NCBI GenBank assembly: GCA_018302235.1
Contig: JAGVZW010000033.1
Coordinates: 434 to 64,433, forward strand
Reading direction: 5' to 3'
DNA from: Candidatus Woesearchaeota archaeon
Lineage (GTDB): Archaea; Nanobdellota; Nanobdellia; SCGC-AAA011-G17; GW2011-AR18
Length of the DNA: 64,000 nt
Shown here piece by piece: positions 20,278-31,205 of the stretch (position 1 is the first letter of the stretch; every line of letters starts with the position of its first letter). A model generated the notes under the pieces. That model was not told where the DNA came from and did no database searches. It saw only the letters and a program-made list of their open reading frames with translations. Position numbers and translations under genes: made by a program.

Positions 20278-20943
20278 ATGGAAAAAACAAAATATTATGG
20301 GATATATACTAAACAAAATAAAAAGATAAAATACTATACTGAGAATTTAACACCTGGGATTAGCTTTTTTGGAGAAAAATTAATTAAAGAAAATGATAAA
20401 GAATACAGAGAAACCAATATTAGAAGATCAAAATTATTTGCTGCAGTTAGTAAACATATATCCAATCTTTTTTTAAAAAAAAATAATATTGTATTATACC
20501 TGGGAGCATCACATGGATATACCCCAAGTTTTATTTCAGATATTGTCTCAGAAGGCTATGTTTTTTGCTTAGATTTTGCTCCAAGAGTTGTTAGAGATCT
20601 AGTAGCTGTATGCGAGAAAAGAGAGAATATGATACCTATTTTAGCAGATGCAAAAAAAATAGATGAGTACAAAGATAGAATAGATGAAGTTGATATTATT
20701 TATCAGGATATTGCACAAAAAAACCAAGTTGAAATTTTATTTAAAAATCTAGAATTTTTAAAAGATAAAGGCTATGTCTTATTTACTGTAAAAGCAAGAT
20801 CAATCGATGTAACTAAACATCCAAAACAAATTTTTATAGAAGTAGAAAAAAAATTATGTAAAAACTTGAAAATAATTGATTATAAAATATTAGATCCATA
20901 TGAAAAAGATCATTGTTTTTTTGTTTGTCAAAAAATTAATTAG
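20278..20943 (+). CDS. flpA: Fibrillarin-like rRNA/tRNA 2'-O-methyltransferase.
   Basis: ILYLGASHGYTPSFISDIV and VFCLDFAPRVVRDL..A.KRENMIPILADA are fibrillarin SAM-MTase motifs. Confidence 0.85.
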   Translation: MEKTKYYGIYTKQNKKIKYYTENLTPGISFFGEKLIKENDKEYRETNIRRSKLFAAVSKHISNLFLKKNNIVLYLGASHGYTPSFISDIVSEGYVFCLDFAPRVVRDLVAVCEKRENMIPILADAKKIDEYKDRIDEVDIIYQDIAQKNQVEILFKNLEFLKDKGYVLFTVKARSIDVTKHPKQIFIEVEKKLCKNLKIIDYKILDPYEKDHCFFVCQKIN

Positions 20944-21295
20944 ATTTAAATATTTTTTGATATTTATATTTTTTATGATTAGATATTTAACCTTTTTAGA
21001 TGTGAAGAATAGAAGGTCTGAGTTAGAATATAAACTTAAGGAAATGGTTATAGAAATAAATATAATTAAAGAAAATCCAAAAAAAGATAGAAAGCAAGTT
21101 GAGGCTTTATTAAGTGGAGCTTATATTTTACGTAGGTTATTAAAAAGGCGTTCTATTGACATAGAAGAATTATATGAAGAATTCGTAAAAGAATATGGAT
21201 TTAATGACAAAAAAATTTTTTATGATGGGGCTGAAATGGTTAATAACCTCTTAAAAGAAGGTACCTATGTTACTGGAAGATTTATTTCGCAATAA
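20900..21295 (+). CDS. Hypothetical protein. The true start is probably an internal Met.
   Basis: 131-aa ORF overlapping the flpA 3' end. No motif recognised. Confidence 0.3.
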   Translation: MKKIIVFLFVKKLIRFKYFLIFIFFMIRYLTFLDVKNRRSELEYKLKEMVIEINIIKENPKKDRKQVEALLSGAYILRRLLKRRSIDIEELYEEFVKEYGFNDKKIFYDGAEMVNNLLKEGTYVTGRFISQ

Positions 21296-22466
21296 TTTCT
21301 ATTACATCTAAATGCTTTAATATATAATCCTTGCCTATTGTCTTTTTATTTTTAACATCTATAGCTCTAATAAAATTTTTTCCTAAATCGGTATGTAGTT
21401 TGTAAGCAAAGTCTAGAGCAGTAGAATTTTGAGGCATTAAAAAACAATCTGGTAGAATTCTTCCTTGAGAGTCCTCTAATTTATTCACGCCCCCTGGAAA
21501 GACAGCAATATATTTTAAAAAATCAAAAATTGCTGTATTTAATATATTTTGTACACCACTTGTATTATATCTTTCCAAAATATCTTTTTTAATAAAATCT
21601 AATGCCTTAATCTGTTTTTCTGATAAATCTCTTGATATAACCTTAAAATTATTTTCTCCTGGGATATATTTAATTAAATTTTTCTTAGCAGCCTCCCGTA
21701 ATGCAAGCTCTGATTCTGCTGAACATGAAATTATCAAGTAATTTGAAAATTCTTTTCTTGCTCTTTCTAAGTTTTTTTCTGAACCAACAATATCTATTTT
21801 ATTTGCAGCTATTATCATTGGTTTTGATTTTTCTCTTAATTTTTTACTTAAAGAAAATAAAAGGGTGTCATCCCACTTTGTAGGGTCATCTGGAAATTGC
21901 TTAATTGTTTCTTTTACATCCTCTTCTGTTACCTTTAATCCAGATAATTGTTTAGCTATTGATTTATACACCTCTGATTGTTCTTGCTTTATCAGCCTAG
22001 CGAACCTATCCCAACCCTTTTTTAATATTCCATAATACCAAATATTTAATTCTTCTTCAAGGAATTTTATTGTATTTAAAGGGTCATAAGATAATACTGG
22101 AACTGATTCTCCATTTTCATTTGTTGATCCTGAAATGTCCACTATATGGATCAAAATATCTGCATTTCTTAGATCATCTAAGAAGGCATTACCTTGCCCC
22201 TTACCCTCTGATGCCCCGGGAACTAAACCTGCAACATCCATTAAGTCTATTGGAACAAATCTATTATGATCATTACAATAACCTTGTCTAGGATTACATT
22301 GTGTTTTAAAGAATTGATCAGCACAAAGTATTTTTACATATCCCACAGCATGATTTGGTTTTATTGTTGTAAAGGGGTAATTAGCAATCTCTACATTAGC
22401 CAAGGTTGCAGCCTTAAAAAATGTAGATTTTCCTGCCGATGGCGCCCCTATAAACCCAACAATCAT
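21282..22466 (-). CDS. ychF: YchF/OLA1-family Obg-like ATPase/GTPase with a C-terminal TGS domain.
   Basis: GFIGAPSAGKSTFF (G1), ANYPFTTIKPNHAVGYV, and DVAGLVPGASEGKGQGNAFLDDLRNADILIHIVD. Confidence 0.8.
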   Translation of the reverse strand: MIVGFIGAPSAGKSTFFKAATLANVEIANYPFTTIKPNHAVGYVKILCADQFFKTQCNPRQGYCNDHNRFVPIDLMDVAGLVPGASEGKGQGNAFLDDLRNADILIHIVDISGSTNENGESVPVLSYDPLNTIKFLEEELNIWYYGILKKGWDRFARLIKQEQSEVYKSIAKQLSGLKVTEEDVKETIKQFPDDPTKWDDTLLFSLSKKLREKSKPMIIAANKIDIVGSEKNLERARKEFSNYLIISCSAESELALREAAKKNLIKYIPGENNFKVISRDLSEKQIKALDFIKKDILERYNTSGVQNILNTAIFDFLKYIAVFPGGVNKLEDSQGRILPDCFLMPQNSTALDFAYKLHTDLGKNFIRAIDVKNKKTIGKDYILKHLDVIEIIAK

Positions 22467-22485
22467 CTTATAATGATATAAATAT

Positions 22486-23067
22486 TTATTTAATTCTCCT
22501 CAAATTAGCCCTTGAACTTGGTCTAGCCTTTTCATAACCCTGGCCCTTACCACCCAATCCCCGTGATTTTCTACCAGCAGAGGTTTTTCCTCTTAAAACC
22601 CGATAACTATGTTTATTGGAACAAATCCAATTTAATTCCTTAGAAGATTTAATCCCAGGATGATGCGGATCAATTAAAATGACCTCATACCATGCATAGA
22701 TAGCATCTTTTCCCACTTTATAAGAATTTAATACCTCTAAATTCTTATAATATTTCTGTGTTCTTTCCTCTGCGACCCACTGATAGTTCTTTCCTAATAC
22801 TAATTTCAAAGAACTAGCCTTTGATGTCCTACCCCTTACTCCTGAAGAAGGATGTCTTTTTCCTCCCCTCTTAACCCTCACTCTAACAAGAATTATACCT
22901 TGTTTTGCTCTATATCCCTTAGCCCTTGCAGCCAATGGATTAGTTGGATATTCTATTCTAAAGATACTTGGCTCTTTTCTCCATACAATTTTTCTTTGTC
23001 TATTTAGAATAATAATATTTTTAGGTCTTTTTCTTAATATTTCTTTTAAATATTTTTGATATCCCAT
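22486..23067 (-). CDS. rpl15e: 50S ribosomal protein L15e.
   Basis: RAKGYRAKQGIILVRVRVKRGGKRHP is a hallmark L15e segment. Confidence 0.85.
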   Translation of the reverse strand: MGYQKYLKEILRKRPKNIIILNRQRKIVWRKEPSIFRIEYPTNPLAARAKGYRAKQGIILVRVRVKRGGKRHPSSGVRGRTSKASSLKLVLGKNYQWVAEERTQKYYKNLEVLNSYKVGKDAIYAWYEVILIDPHHPGIKSSKELNWICSNKHSYRVLRGKTSAGRKSRGLGGKGQGYEKARPSSRANLRRIK

Positions 23068-23202
23068 TTTTACTCCAATTCAGGTTTTTAAGCCTACATT
23101 TTTATATTTAAAAAAAGAAGAAATTTATAAGCTTTATGTTATTTGAAGCAATCAAATAACATAATATAAATATTTATAAAATATTAAAATGTATAATTAA
23201 AT

Positions 23203-23343
23203 ATGGATGAAGAAAAAGAGGTTATGTGGCAATGTATAAGGTGTGAATGTATAACATATAGTTATGAAAAACCAGATTATTGTAAAAATTGTAATGCTTA
23301 TACAGGAGATATTGTACTTTTAGAAGACTCAGAAGAATCTTGA
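23203..23343 (+). CDS. Small zinc-ribbon protein (46 aa).
   Basis: MDEEKEVMWQCIRCECITYSYEKPDYCKNCNAYTGDIVLLEDSEES contains a CxxC...CxxC pair. Below the ORF-track size cutoff. Confidence 0.35.
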   Translation: MDEEKEVMWQCIRCECITYSYEKPDYCKNCNAYTGDIVLLEDSEES

Positions 23344-23556
23344 ATTTCTTTGGCTGTACAAAATTTTTTTCTTTTCCAATAAAAATGGCATTTTTCTTTA
23401 AACAATTTCCATTTTAAACAATTATTACAATACATAAAATTCTTAAAAATCAGCTATAAATAAAGGTTTAGTTACTACTAATAAATAGCGAAAGCTTTAT
23501 AAATAAGTTATATTTGTATTATCTAATAAAAGTAGTGAAATTAGGAGAAAATTGAA

Positions 23557-24342
23557 ATGATTGTATCTGATGCTGTAATAAAAAAAATAAGAAGTTCATT
23601 TGATCTGAATATATACGAGGCTAAGGAATGGCTTGCACTTTTATCAAAAGGAATAGCTACAGCAGGAGAATTGTCTGAAATATCCAGTGTGCCAAGATCA
23701 AGGAGTTATGATGTATTAGAATCATTAGAGAAAAGAGGCTTTGTTATCATGAAACTTGGAAGGCCTATAAGATATATTGCTGTTAAACCCTCAGATATTC
23801 TTGAAAGAATAAAGAAAGATATAAAAATCCAAGCAGACTCTGAGATTAAATCTTTGGGTGAAATAGAACAATCTGATTCTTTTAAAGAATTAAATCTATT
23901 ATTTAATAATGGTATAGAAAATATAAATCCTAGTGATATTATGGGTGTATTAAAGGGAAGAACTAATATATATTCTCATTTAAATTCCTTATTTGCTAAG
24001 GCTAAAAAAGAAATAATCATTGTGACTTCGCAAAAAGCTCTAAATAGAAAATTAGACAAATTTAGTTTTATATTAAAGAATTTAAAGAATAAAGGTGTAT
24101 ATATTAGAATAGCGGCGCCTTTTAATGATAAGAATTTAGCCAAAGAATATTCACTTTTTGCAAAAATAAAAGATATTGATATGAAGGCAAGATTCTTTAT
24201 TATAGACAACAAGGATTTGTTATTTTTGACTACAAATGAAGATGATATTCATGAAAAATCTGAGATTGCTTTATGGATAAATTCAGAATTTTTTGTTAAT
24301 TCGTTAAAAGAACTTTTTGAGACTAGCTGGAAGGGAAAATGA
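23557..24342 (+). CDS. TrmB-family transcriptional regulator.
   Basis: GELSEISSVPRSRSYDVLESLEKRGFV matches the TrmB winged-helix signature (SKVPRSRVYDVLESLE.KG). Confidence 0.75.
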   Translation: MIVSDAVIKKIRSSFDLNIYEAKEWLALLSKGIATAGELSEISSVPRSRSYDVLESLEKRGFVIMKLGRPIRYIAVKPSDILERIKKDIKIQADSEIKSLGEIEQSDSFKELNLLFNNGIENINPSDIMGVLKGRTNIYSHLNSLFAKAKKEIIIVTSQKALNRKLDKFSFILKNLKNKGVYIRIAAPFNDKNLAKEYSLFAKIKDIDMKARFFIIDNKDLLFLTTNEDDIHEKSEIALWINSEFFVNSLKELFETSWKGK

Positions 24343-24370
24343 TTTTTGTTTTAATTTTTAGAGGTATTAA

Positions 24371-24658
24371 ATGTTAAAAACATTGTTATATGCTACGGGA
24401 TTAAGTGTATTTATTAGCTGTTGTTCTCATAATTCACTCTCTGATAGGGTTTTTTTAAAAGAAAGAGAGATAGGTACAGTCGAAATGGATTATTCTAATA
24501 AGACGTGTATGGTTTATTATGAATCTGGACCTATGATTATGAATCTAGGAATAAGAAATATACCAAGATCTCTTTGTGATGTATTTTACAATACAATAAA
24601 AAAGGACATAGAAAAAAGAGAAATTCCAAGTTTAATTCCTACGTTAAAAAAAGATTAA
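24371..24658 (+). CDS. Small secreted/lipoprotein-like hypothetical protein.
   Basis: N-terminal signal with a Cys cluster (LSVFISCCS). 95 aa. Confidence 0.3.
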   Translation: MLKTLLYATGLSVFISCCSHNSLSDRVFLKEREIGTVEMDYSNKTCMVYYESGPMIMNLGIRNIPRSLCDVFYNTIKKDIEKREIPSLIPTLKKD

Positions 24659-24665
24659 AAAATTT

Positions 24666-25220
24666 TTATCTAAAAATTAAAGAAATTAAATCTGTAAAAA
24701 TAATCTTGATATAACCAAGCCAAGGTATTCTAAAGACTGCCTTTCCATACACTTTTTTTATATTTAATTCATCTTGTCTAGAATCTGCATTATTATCACC
24801 CTTGGTTCTATAGGTTTTATCTTCATTTATTTTTATTACTCTATGAATTATTGGTTTGCTTGCTGCTCCTTGGAATACAATGACATCTCCAATTTTAACC
24901 TTAGATCTCCCCCATAAAACCATTATATCCCCTTTATTAAAACCGTTTTTGAATCTAAAACCTTTAAATTCCTCTTTTGTAATATTTATGTTTTCATAGT
25001 AATTACCATTTTCTCCCCACCATTTTTCAAAACTATTTTCGTGTTGCATGCTACCTGAAACTACAGCTACAACAGGAAAATCAGTATTAAAAACAAAACC
25101 CAATCCTGGATAAATAACAAATTTAACCAGAATTATAGCAACAATAACGTTTAAAATCCATCCTAAAACTGAATCATCACTCCAAAAAATATCCCATAAT
25201 TTCTTTAAGTATTTATTCAT
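24666..25220 (-). CDS. Signal peptidase I, archaeal/ER type (S26B).
   Basis: Contains VVSGSMQHE (Ser nucleophile), GDVIVF, IIHRV (catalytic His) and TKGDNNADSRQDE, which is the archaeal SPase pattern. Confidence 0.75.
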   Translation of the reverse strand: MNKYLKKLWDIFWSDDSVLGWILNVIVAIILVKFVIYPGLGFVFNTDFPVVAVVSGSMQHENSFEKWWGENGNYYENINITKEEFKGFRFKNGFNKGDIMVLWGRSKVKIGDVIVFQGAASKPIIHRVIKINEDKTYRTKGDNNADSRQDELNIKKVYGKAVFRIPWLGYIKIIFTDLISLIFR

Positions 25221-25266
25221 CTATAGATAAAAAAAGAAAAGAATTAATAAAGGTATGGTTTAAAAT

Positions 25267-26655
25267 TTAATGTGCTTTTTCCATTCTATAAAAAAAATAA
25301 TTTTTCATGATTTTTAAAAAATAATTTATCCCTAGTTTAGTCTCATACGGATTTTTTATAATAAATAAAAGGTTATTATATAACCAAAAGGGATTAAAAT
25401 ATAGATTTCTATAGGCTTTTTTTCTAATTTTATTAAGTTCTTTAATAGATAATTCACATAAACTTATTAATGCTTCATCTTGATATAATTTTTTCCAATT
25501 TATATCCCTACTATATTTTTCATAAAGTTTTGTACCTGGATAAGGAACTGCTATATTGAATTGTGCGCTGTTTGGCTTTAACTTTTTAACAAATTTTATT
25601 GTTTCATTGGCTGTATTTTTATTTTCACCAGGCAGGCCAAAAATAAAGGCACAATAGGTTTTTATTCCTATTATTTTACAAAAATTTATTGCTTTTTCTA
25701 TGTCTTTAAGATTTATACCTTTATTACAAATATCTAATATTTTTTGTGAGCCAGACTCACATCCAAAACTTATTCCAGCACAACCAGCTCTTTTCATTTC
25801 ATTTAATAGTTCATAATCTATTAGATTTACCCGTGTATTGCAGTACCATTTAATATTCAAATATTTTAGATTATTACAAATCTCTAAAACTCTTTTTCTA
25901 TCCAGTGTAAATGTTTCATCAAAAAATGAGATTAATTGCACCCCATAATCTTTTAAAACTTTAATTTCATTAATAACTAGATCTACACTTTTTGTTTTAA
26001 GATGTGTATTAGCTACATTACAAAAATTACATTTATAAGGACAACCCTTACTGGTATATATTATTGAAAATATTTCATTCGTGTTTGCATTTATTTTATA
26101 AAAATTAAAATTTTTAAGTAGATTATATGCTGGAATTCCTAAGGAATCATAATCAAAGCCATTTCTTATGTATTCATTATGAAAAATTTTTTTATTTTTT
26201 TTATACGCTATTCCTTTAATATTTGAATAATTTTGAAAATTAGTAAATAAATCTTTAATAACCACCTCATAATCTCCTGTAATAAATATATCTAAATCTG
26301 CTTCCTTCATAATCTCCTTCCATAACGTTTTTAGAGTGAAGCATATTCCTATAATTATACCTTCTGGATTTTTTTTTCTAAATCTGTTTGTAATTTTAAG
26401 ATCATGATCAAATGTTGTTGGAGTAAATCTAAATATAAGAATATTATAGCCATCTAGTTTTATATCTTTAAATCTTAGATTTTCTCCGTTTGCATCTATT
26501 AGTGTTACATCATGTTTTAATTCTATTAATATTTTACCTATTTGAAGTAAAGAATAAGGTGGGATAATTGAATTTCTCTCTATAATTTCGCATCTTTCTT
26601 CTCTTATTATTGGAATCCCATTAACCCTTGGAGGGTTTACTAAAAGTATTTTCAT
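25267..26655 (-). CDS. B12-binding-domain radical SAM protein.
   Basis: N-terminal cobalamin-binding-like Rossmann region plus the CPYKCNFC (CxxxCxxC) radical SAM cluster. Confidence 0.7.
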   Translation of the reverse strand: MKILLVNPPRVNGIPIIREERCEIIERNSIIPPYSLLQIGKILIELKHDVTLIDANGENLRFKDIKLDGYNILIFRFTPTTFDHDLKITNRFRKKNPEGIIIGICFTLKTLWKEIMKEADLDIFITGDYEVVIKDLFTNFQNYSNIKGIAYKKNKKIFHNEYIRNGFDYDSLGIPAYNLLKNFNFYKINANTNEIFSIIYTSKGCPYKCNFCNVANTHLKTKSVDLVINEIKVLKDYGVQLISFFDETFTLDRKRVLEICNNLKYLNIKWYCNTRVNLIDYELLNEMKRAGCAGISFGCESGSQKILDICNKGINLKDIEKAINFCKIIGIKTYCAFIFGLPGENKNTANETIKFVKKLKPNSAQFNIAVPYPGTKLYEKYSRDINWKKLYQDEALISLCELSIKELNKIRKKAYRNLYFNPFWLYNNLLFIIKNPYETKLGINYFLKIMKNYFFYRMEKAH

Positions 26656-26700
26656 AATAAAGTGGAATTATGAAATATATTAAAAACTAATTGTTTAGAA

Positions 26701-29202
26701 TTAAGATATATCTCCTATCATATATTTATTAAATATTACTTTATCTAAAATAAAAACCATTGATGATATCATTATTATTAAGAACCAATGACTAATAAAT
26801 AACGGTGTTGTTTTAAATAAATTTGATAATAAATACACTACAACTAGTTGAAGCAAAAACGAAATAGCTATTGTCATTAAAAGATATTTGTTCTCAAAAA
26901 AATCTTTAAATTTCTCTATTGTTGTATAATTAAATGCATTAAAAAGTTGAAATAATACTAGACAAGAAAAAGCTGCGGTTTGGGCATAGATTAAGGAATA
27001 TTTTCTAAAATATGTAAATATAAATAAAACACCTATTGTTAGTATAGAAGATTGTATAATGATTCTCAATAAATTTTTATTGTTGATTATAGGCTCTTTT
27101 GGATTACGTGGAGGAATATTCATTATGGATGAAGGGGCTTTATCCATTCCTAATGCTATTGCGGGCAAACCATCTGTTAGGAGATTTACCCATAATATTT
27201 GAATTGCAATTAATGGTAAAGGCAACCCGAGAATTAATGATAAAAAGATTACCAATACTTCTCCAAGATTACAGGAAAATAAAAATAATATAAATTTTTT
27301 AATATTAGTATATATTGTACGACCTTCTTTAACTGCCTCTACAATAGATGAAAAATTGTTATCTAATATGATTATGTCTGATGACTGTTTAGCAACATCA
27401 GTGCCTGAACCAACTGCTGCCCCAATATCTGCTTTTTTTAATGATGTGGCATCATTTACACCATCTCCAGTCATTGCTACTATTTCCCCTTGTTCTTGCA
27501 AAAGTTCTAAAATTTCTCTTTTATGCTTGGGAGAAACCCTTGCTATAATGTTTGTTGTTTTTAATTTTTTAATTAATTCTTTTCTTGAAAGCCTGTCTAT
27601 TTCATCGCCATTTAAACTATCCCCTATAATTCCAACTTCTTTTGCTATTGCTTTTGCTGTTAACTCATAATCTCCTGTAAGCATTATTATTCTTATTCCT
27701 GCTTTTTTACAAAGAGAAATTGCATCTTTTACCTCTTTTCTTGGCGGATCAATCATCCCAATTAAACCAACGAAAATGAGTTCTTTTTCTGTTGTGGTAG
27801 AATAAGCTAATGCTAATACCCTTAATGCATTATTAGCCATTCTGTTGTAATTTTTAAAAATTTCTTGTTTTGTTTTATTGTCTAAATCTTTTATTTTATT
27901 ATTTATTAATATTTTTTTTGAATTTTTTAAAATAAATTCTGGTGCGCCCTTGATGTGGATTATTTCTTTATTATTAATTAAATTTATTGTTGACATATAT
28001 TTTTTTTCAGAAGAAAATGGCACTTCATTTATTCTTTTATAATCTTTATTATAATTGAATTGCTTTATAAAAGAAATTAATGCTTTTTCTGTGGGATCTG
28101 AAATATAATTATTACATAATTTTGCAATTCTTAATAGTATTTCTATATTTGCCTCTGATGGCTTTAAAACCCTATTATTAGCATAGATTTCTGTTACTGT
28201 CATTTCGTTTTTTGTTAATGTTCCTGTTTTATCTGTACAAATTAATGTTGTTGATCCTAATGTTTCTACTGCATATAATTTTCTAATTAAAATGTTCTTT
28301 TTTATCATTTTTTGGGTACCAATTGCTAAAGAGATTGTTACTATGGCTGGTAGGCCTTCAGGAATTGCTGCAACTATCAAGGCCATTGTTGTCATGAATA
28401 TTGTAAAAAATGAATAATTTAGAAAAAAATAGCCTACGATCAGAATAAATAGACAAATAAATAATATAGAAATAGTAATATATTTTCCTAAATCTTTTAA
28501 TTTTTTTTGTAATGGGGTTAATGTATCTTTTATATTTTGAACTTCTTCCGCTATTTTTCCTAATTCAGTTTCCATATTCGTTGCTGTTACTATAGCTATA
28601 GCATGCCCTAAAACAACAGATGTACCCATAAAAACCATGTTTCTTTGTTTTTGTAAAATCAAATTTTTTGGCAATTTTTCTGCTGTTTTTTCTACTGATA
28701 TTGATTCTCCTGTCAGGGTTGATTCATTAAGTTTTAGTGAAAAAGAAGATAAAATTCTTGCATCTGCTGGAATGTTTGCACCTTCACTTAAAATGATAAT
28801 ATCTCCTGGAACAAGAAATTTTGCTTCTATTTCTTTTTGGTTATTGTTTCTTAAAACTATAGCTTTTGGGGTTGTCAATCTTTTTAATGCTTCTAATGAT
28901 TTTTCTGCTTTATACTCTTGTATAAAACCTAAAACTGAATTTAAGATAAGTATTGTGGTTATAATAATTCCATCTGTATACTCTTTTAATAAAAATGAGA
29001 TCAATGCTGCAACTATTAAGATATAGATTATATAACTCTTAAATTGTGATAAAAATATCTTTAATTTGGACAAATACTTTGTTCTTTTTAATTCATTAAG
29101 TCCATATTTTTCTAATCTTTTTTGTGCTTCTTTCTCTGATAATCCTGATTCTTTACTACTTAATCTTATTATAGCCTCTTTTTCTGATAAAGTATAATAC
29201 AT
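26701..29202 (-). CDS. P-type cation-transporting ATPase, type II (Ca2+-ATPase-like).
   Basis: Contains DKTGTLT, TGD and GDGVNDA, with 10 TM segments. 833 aa. Confidence 0.9.
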   Translation of the reverse strand: MYYTLSEKEAIIRLSSKESGLSEKEAQKRLEKYGLNELKRTKYLSKLKIFLSQFKSYIIYILIVAALISFLLKEYTDGIIITTILILNSVLGFIQEYKAEKSLEALKRLTTPKAIVLRNNNQKEIEAKFLVPGDIIILSEGANIPADARILSSFSLKLNESTLTGESISVEKTAEKLPKNLILQKQRNMVFMGTSVVLGHAIAIVTATNMETELGKIAEEVQNIKDTLTPLQKKLKDLGKYITISILFICLFILIVGYFFLNYSFFTIFMTTMALIVAAIPEGLPAIVTISLAIGTQKMIKKNILIRKLYAVETLGSTTLICTDKTGTLTKNEMTVTEIYANNRVLKPSEANIEILLRIAKLCNNYISDPTEKALISFIKQFNYNKDYKRINEVPFSSEKKYMSTINLINNKEIIHIKGAPEFILKNSKKILINNKIKDLDNKTKQEIFKNYNRMANNALRVLALAYSTTTEKELIFVGLIGMIDPPRKEVKDAISLCKKAGIRIIMLTGDYELTAKAIAKEVGIIGDSLNGDEIDRLSRKELIKKLKTTNIIARVSPKHKREILELLQEQGEIVAMTGDGVNDATSLKKADIGAAVGSGTDVAKQSSDIIILDNNFSSIVEAVKEGRTIYTNIKKFILFLFSCNLGEVLVIFLSLILGLPLPLIAIQILWVNLLTDGLPAIALGMDKAPSSIMNIPPRNPKEPIINNKNLLRIIIQSSILTIGVLFIFTYFRKYSLIYAQTAAFSCLVLFQLFNAFNYTTIEKFKDFFENKYLLMTIAISFLLQLVVVYLLSNLFKTTPLFISHWFLIIMISSMVFILDKVIFNKYMIGDIS

Positions 29203-29274
29203 ATTACTAAAATATTTTGTTTATTTTTAAAAGTATGCAAAACCTTTTTAAATAAATAATGAAATAAAAAAGTA

Positions 29275-29898
29275 ATGAAAAAACATGAAGTATATGAAAC
29301 TATAATTGCAGTCGCTAAAGACATAGCTAAGACTAAAGAGGGGGCATTGTTTCTTATCACAAGACCTACTAGGGTTAGGGGGTTATATAAGTCATTGTTT
29401 CCACAAGTGCATAAGAATTTTCTTATTAATAAAAAAGGAGCAAATAAAGTTATTGAAAAACTAGCAACATTAGATGGGGCAGTGATTATCTCAGAGGATG
29501 GTTATTTGCGCGCATATGGAGTTAAATTAACTAAATCTAAACCAGTACATGGCCATGGCACTAAACATGCAGCTGCTTCTGGAATGACATCACATATAAA
29601 AGATTCTACTGCTGTTTTGATTAGTGAAGAAGATCATCTTATTCGGGTGTTTCAAAATGGTAAATGTATTTTAGAGATGGATGAAAAAGAAAAACCAAAG
29701 GTTTTACAAGATAAAATAATTGCATTTATTTCAGATGGAGATACTGCTTTATTAACTGCTGCGGGTGTATCTACAGCAATACTTGGAACTGCTGCTTTGG
29801 GACCTTTAGTTATTGTAGGTGGTACATATTTAGCTATTAAGACTGCAGGCGGAGTAATAAAAAAAAGTTGGGATTCAATAATAAAAAAAAGAAATTAA
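29275..29898 (+). CDS. dacZ: Diadenylate cyclase (DAC domain, DacZ-like c-di-AMP synthase).
   Basis: LDGAVIISEDG and GHGTKHAAASG..AVLISEEDHLIRVF match the DAC-domain DGA and GTRHRAA blocks. Hydrophobic C-terminal tail. Confidence 0.65.
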   Translation: MKKHEVYETIIAVAKDIAKTKEGALFLITRPTRVRGLYKSLFPQVHKNFLINKKGANKVIEKLATLDGAVIISEDGYLRAYGVKLTKSKPVHGHGTKHAAASGMTSHIKDSTAVLISEEDHLIRVFQNGKCILEMDEKEKPKVLQDKIIAFISDGDTALLTAAGVSTAILGTAALGPLVIVGGTYLAIKTAGGVIKKSWDSIIKKRN

Positions 29899-31205
29899 AC
29901 ATGATAATATTTGAATCCCAAATCTTTTAATTCTTTTTCATTATATAATGCTCTATAATCTCCAAAAAATGGATTCTCTTGCATCTTATTTTTAATATTT
30001 GGTAGATCTAAACTTCTAAATATATCCCATTCTGTAGCTATAATTAGTGCGCTAGAGCCCTCTGTTGCTTGGTTTTCGTTTTCTGCATAATTAATTTTAT
30101 CTCCAAATTCTTTTTTAGTTTCTTCCATTGCTTTTGGATCATAAACAGTTATATCTGCATTTAACTCCAACAGAATTTTTATTAATCTATGTGCTGGTGA
30201 ATCTCTTGTATCTGAAACATTTGCTTTAAAGGCTGTCCCAAGAATTGTTATTTTTTTATTCTCTAGAGAATTAAAATGTTCTAAAAGATCTTTAATTAAA
30301 TGCTCTGTATGTGATTTATTCGAGTTTATTATTTCTTGAAGTAATGTTGAACCTGGCAATTCTTTTTGTTTAGATAAAAAAGTTAAAGCTTGTATGTCTT
30401 TTGAAAAACAACTGCCACCAAAACCAAGACTTGGATGTAAGAACTTTTGTCCTATCCTTCTGTCTTTTCCAACAGCTTTCATTATTTCTCGTGTATTAGC
30501 ATTATACTTTCTAGCAATTTGAGAGATTACATTAGTTATTGCTACTCTAGCTGCCAAATGTGTATTAGATGCGTACTTTGCTAAAGATGCTTCTTTTGGT
30601 CCAATAAAAATAATCTCTGCTTGATTTAATGCATATGGCCTAAATAATTTTTGCACTAGGCCTTTGGCTATTTCAGACTTAATCCCTACTATAATCCTAT
30701 CTGGATTTGAAAAATCTTTTATTGCTGTTCCCTCAGCTAATGTTTCTGGACAACAACCAATCTCATAATCATATTTTATATTGTTGTTTTTTTCTATTTC
30801 TTTTATTTCTTCTTCTATAATATCTAGTGCTTCTGGAGGAGAAGTAGATTTATTCAAAATTAAACAAAAATTTTGTGGATTTAAATTTTCTCCTATTGTT
30901 CTTGAAATTTGTTTTATGTATCTTAAGTCTACACAACCATCTTCATCTGCTGGAGTTCCAACTGTAATAAATAAAATATCTTTATCCTTGATTGCTTCAT
31001 CTGGTCTAGTAGAATATGTTGTTTTATTCTTATTTTTTATGATTAATTCCTGTAAGCCTGGTTCATAGATCGGACAAATCTGATTTTTCAATGAATTTAT
31101 TTTATTTTCATCTATATCATAGAAAGAAACATCATTACCTAAATTTGCTAGACAATTTCCTGTAACTAGACCAACCCACCCTGTTCCCAGAACACCAATT
31201 TTCAT
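29895..31205 (-). CDS. UDP-glucose/GDP-mannose 6-dehydrogenase-family NDP-sugar dehydrogenase.
   Basis: N-terminal GVLGTGWVGL Rossmann motif and the catalytic GFGGSCFSKD motif. Confidence 0.85.
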   Translation of the reverse strand: MKIGVLGTGWVGLVTGNCLANLGNDVSFYDIDENKINSLKNQICPIYEPGLQELIIKNKNKTTYSTRPDEAIKDKDILFITVGTPADEDGCVDLRYIKQISRTIGENLNPQNFCLILNKSTSPPEALDIIEEEIKEIEKNNNIKYDYEIGCCPETLAEGTAIKDFSNPDRIIVGIKSEIAKGLVQKLFRPYALNQAEIIFIGPKEASLAKYASNTHLAARVAITNVISQIARKYNANTREIMKAVGKDRRIGQKFLHPSLGFGGSCFSKDIQALTFLSKQKELPGSTLLQEIINSNKSHTEHLIKDLLEHFNSLENKKITILGTAFKANVSDTRDSPAHRLIKILLELNADITVYDPKAMEETKKEFGDKINYAENENQATEGSSALIIATEWDIFRSLDLPNIKNKMQENPFFGDYRALYNEKELKDLGFKYYHV

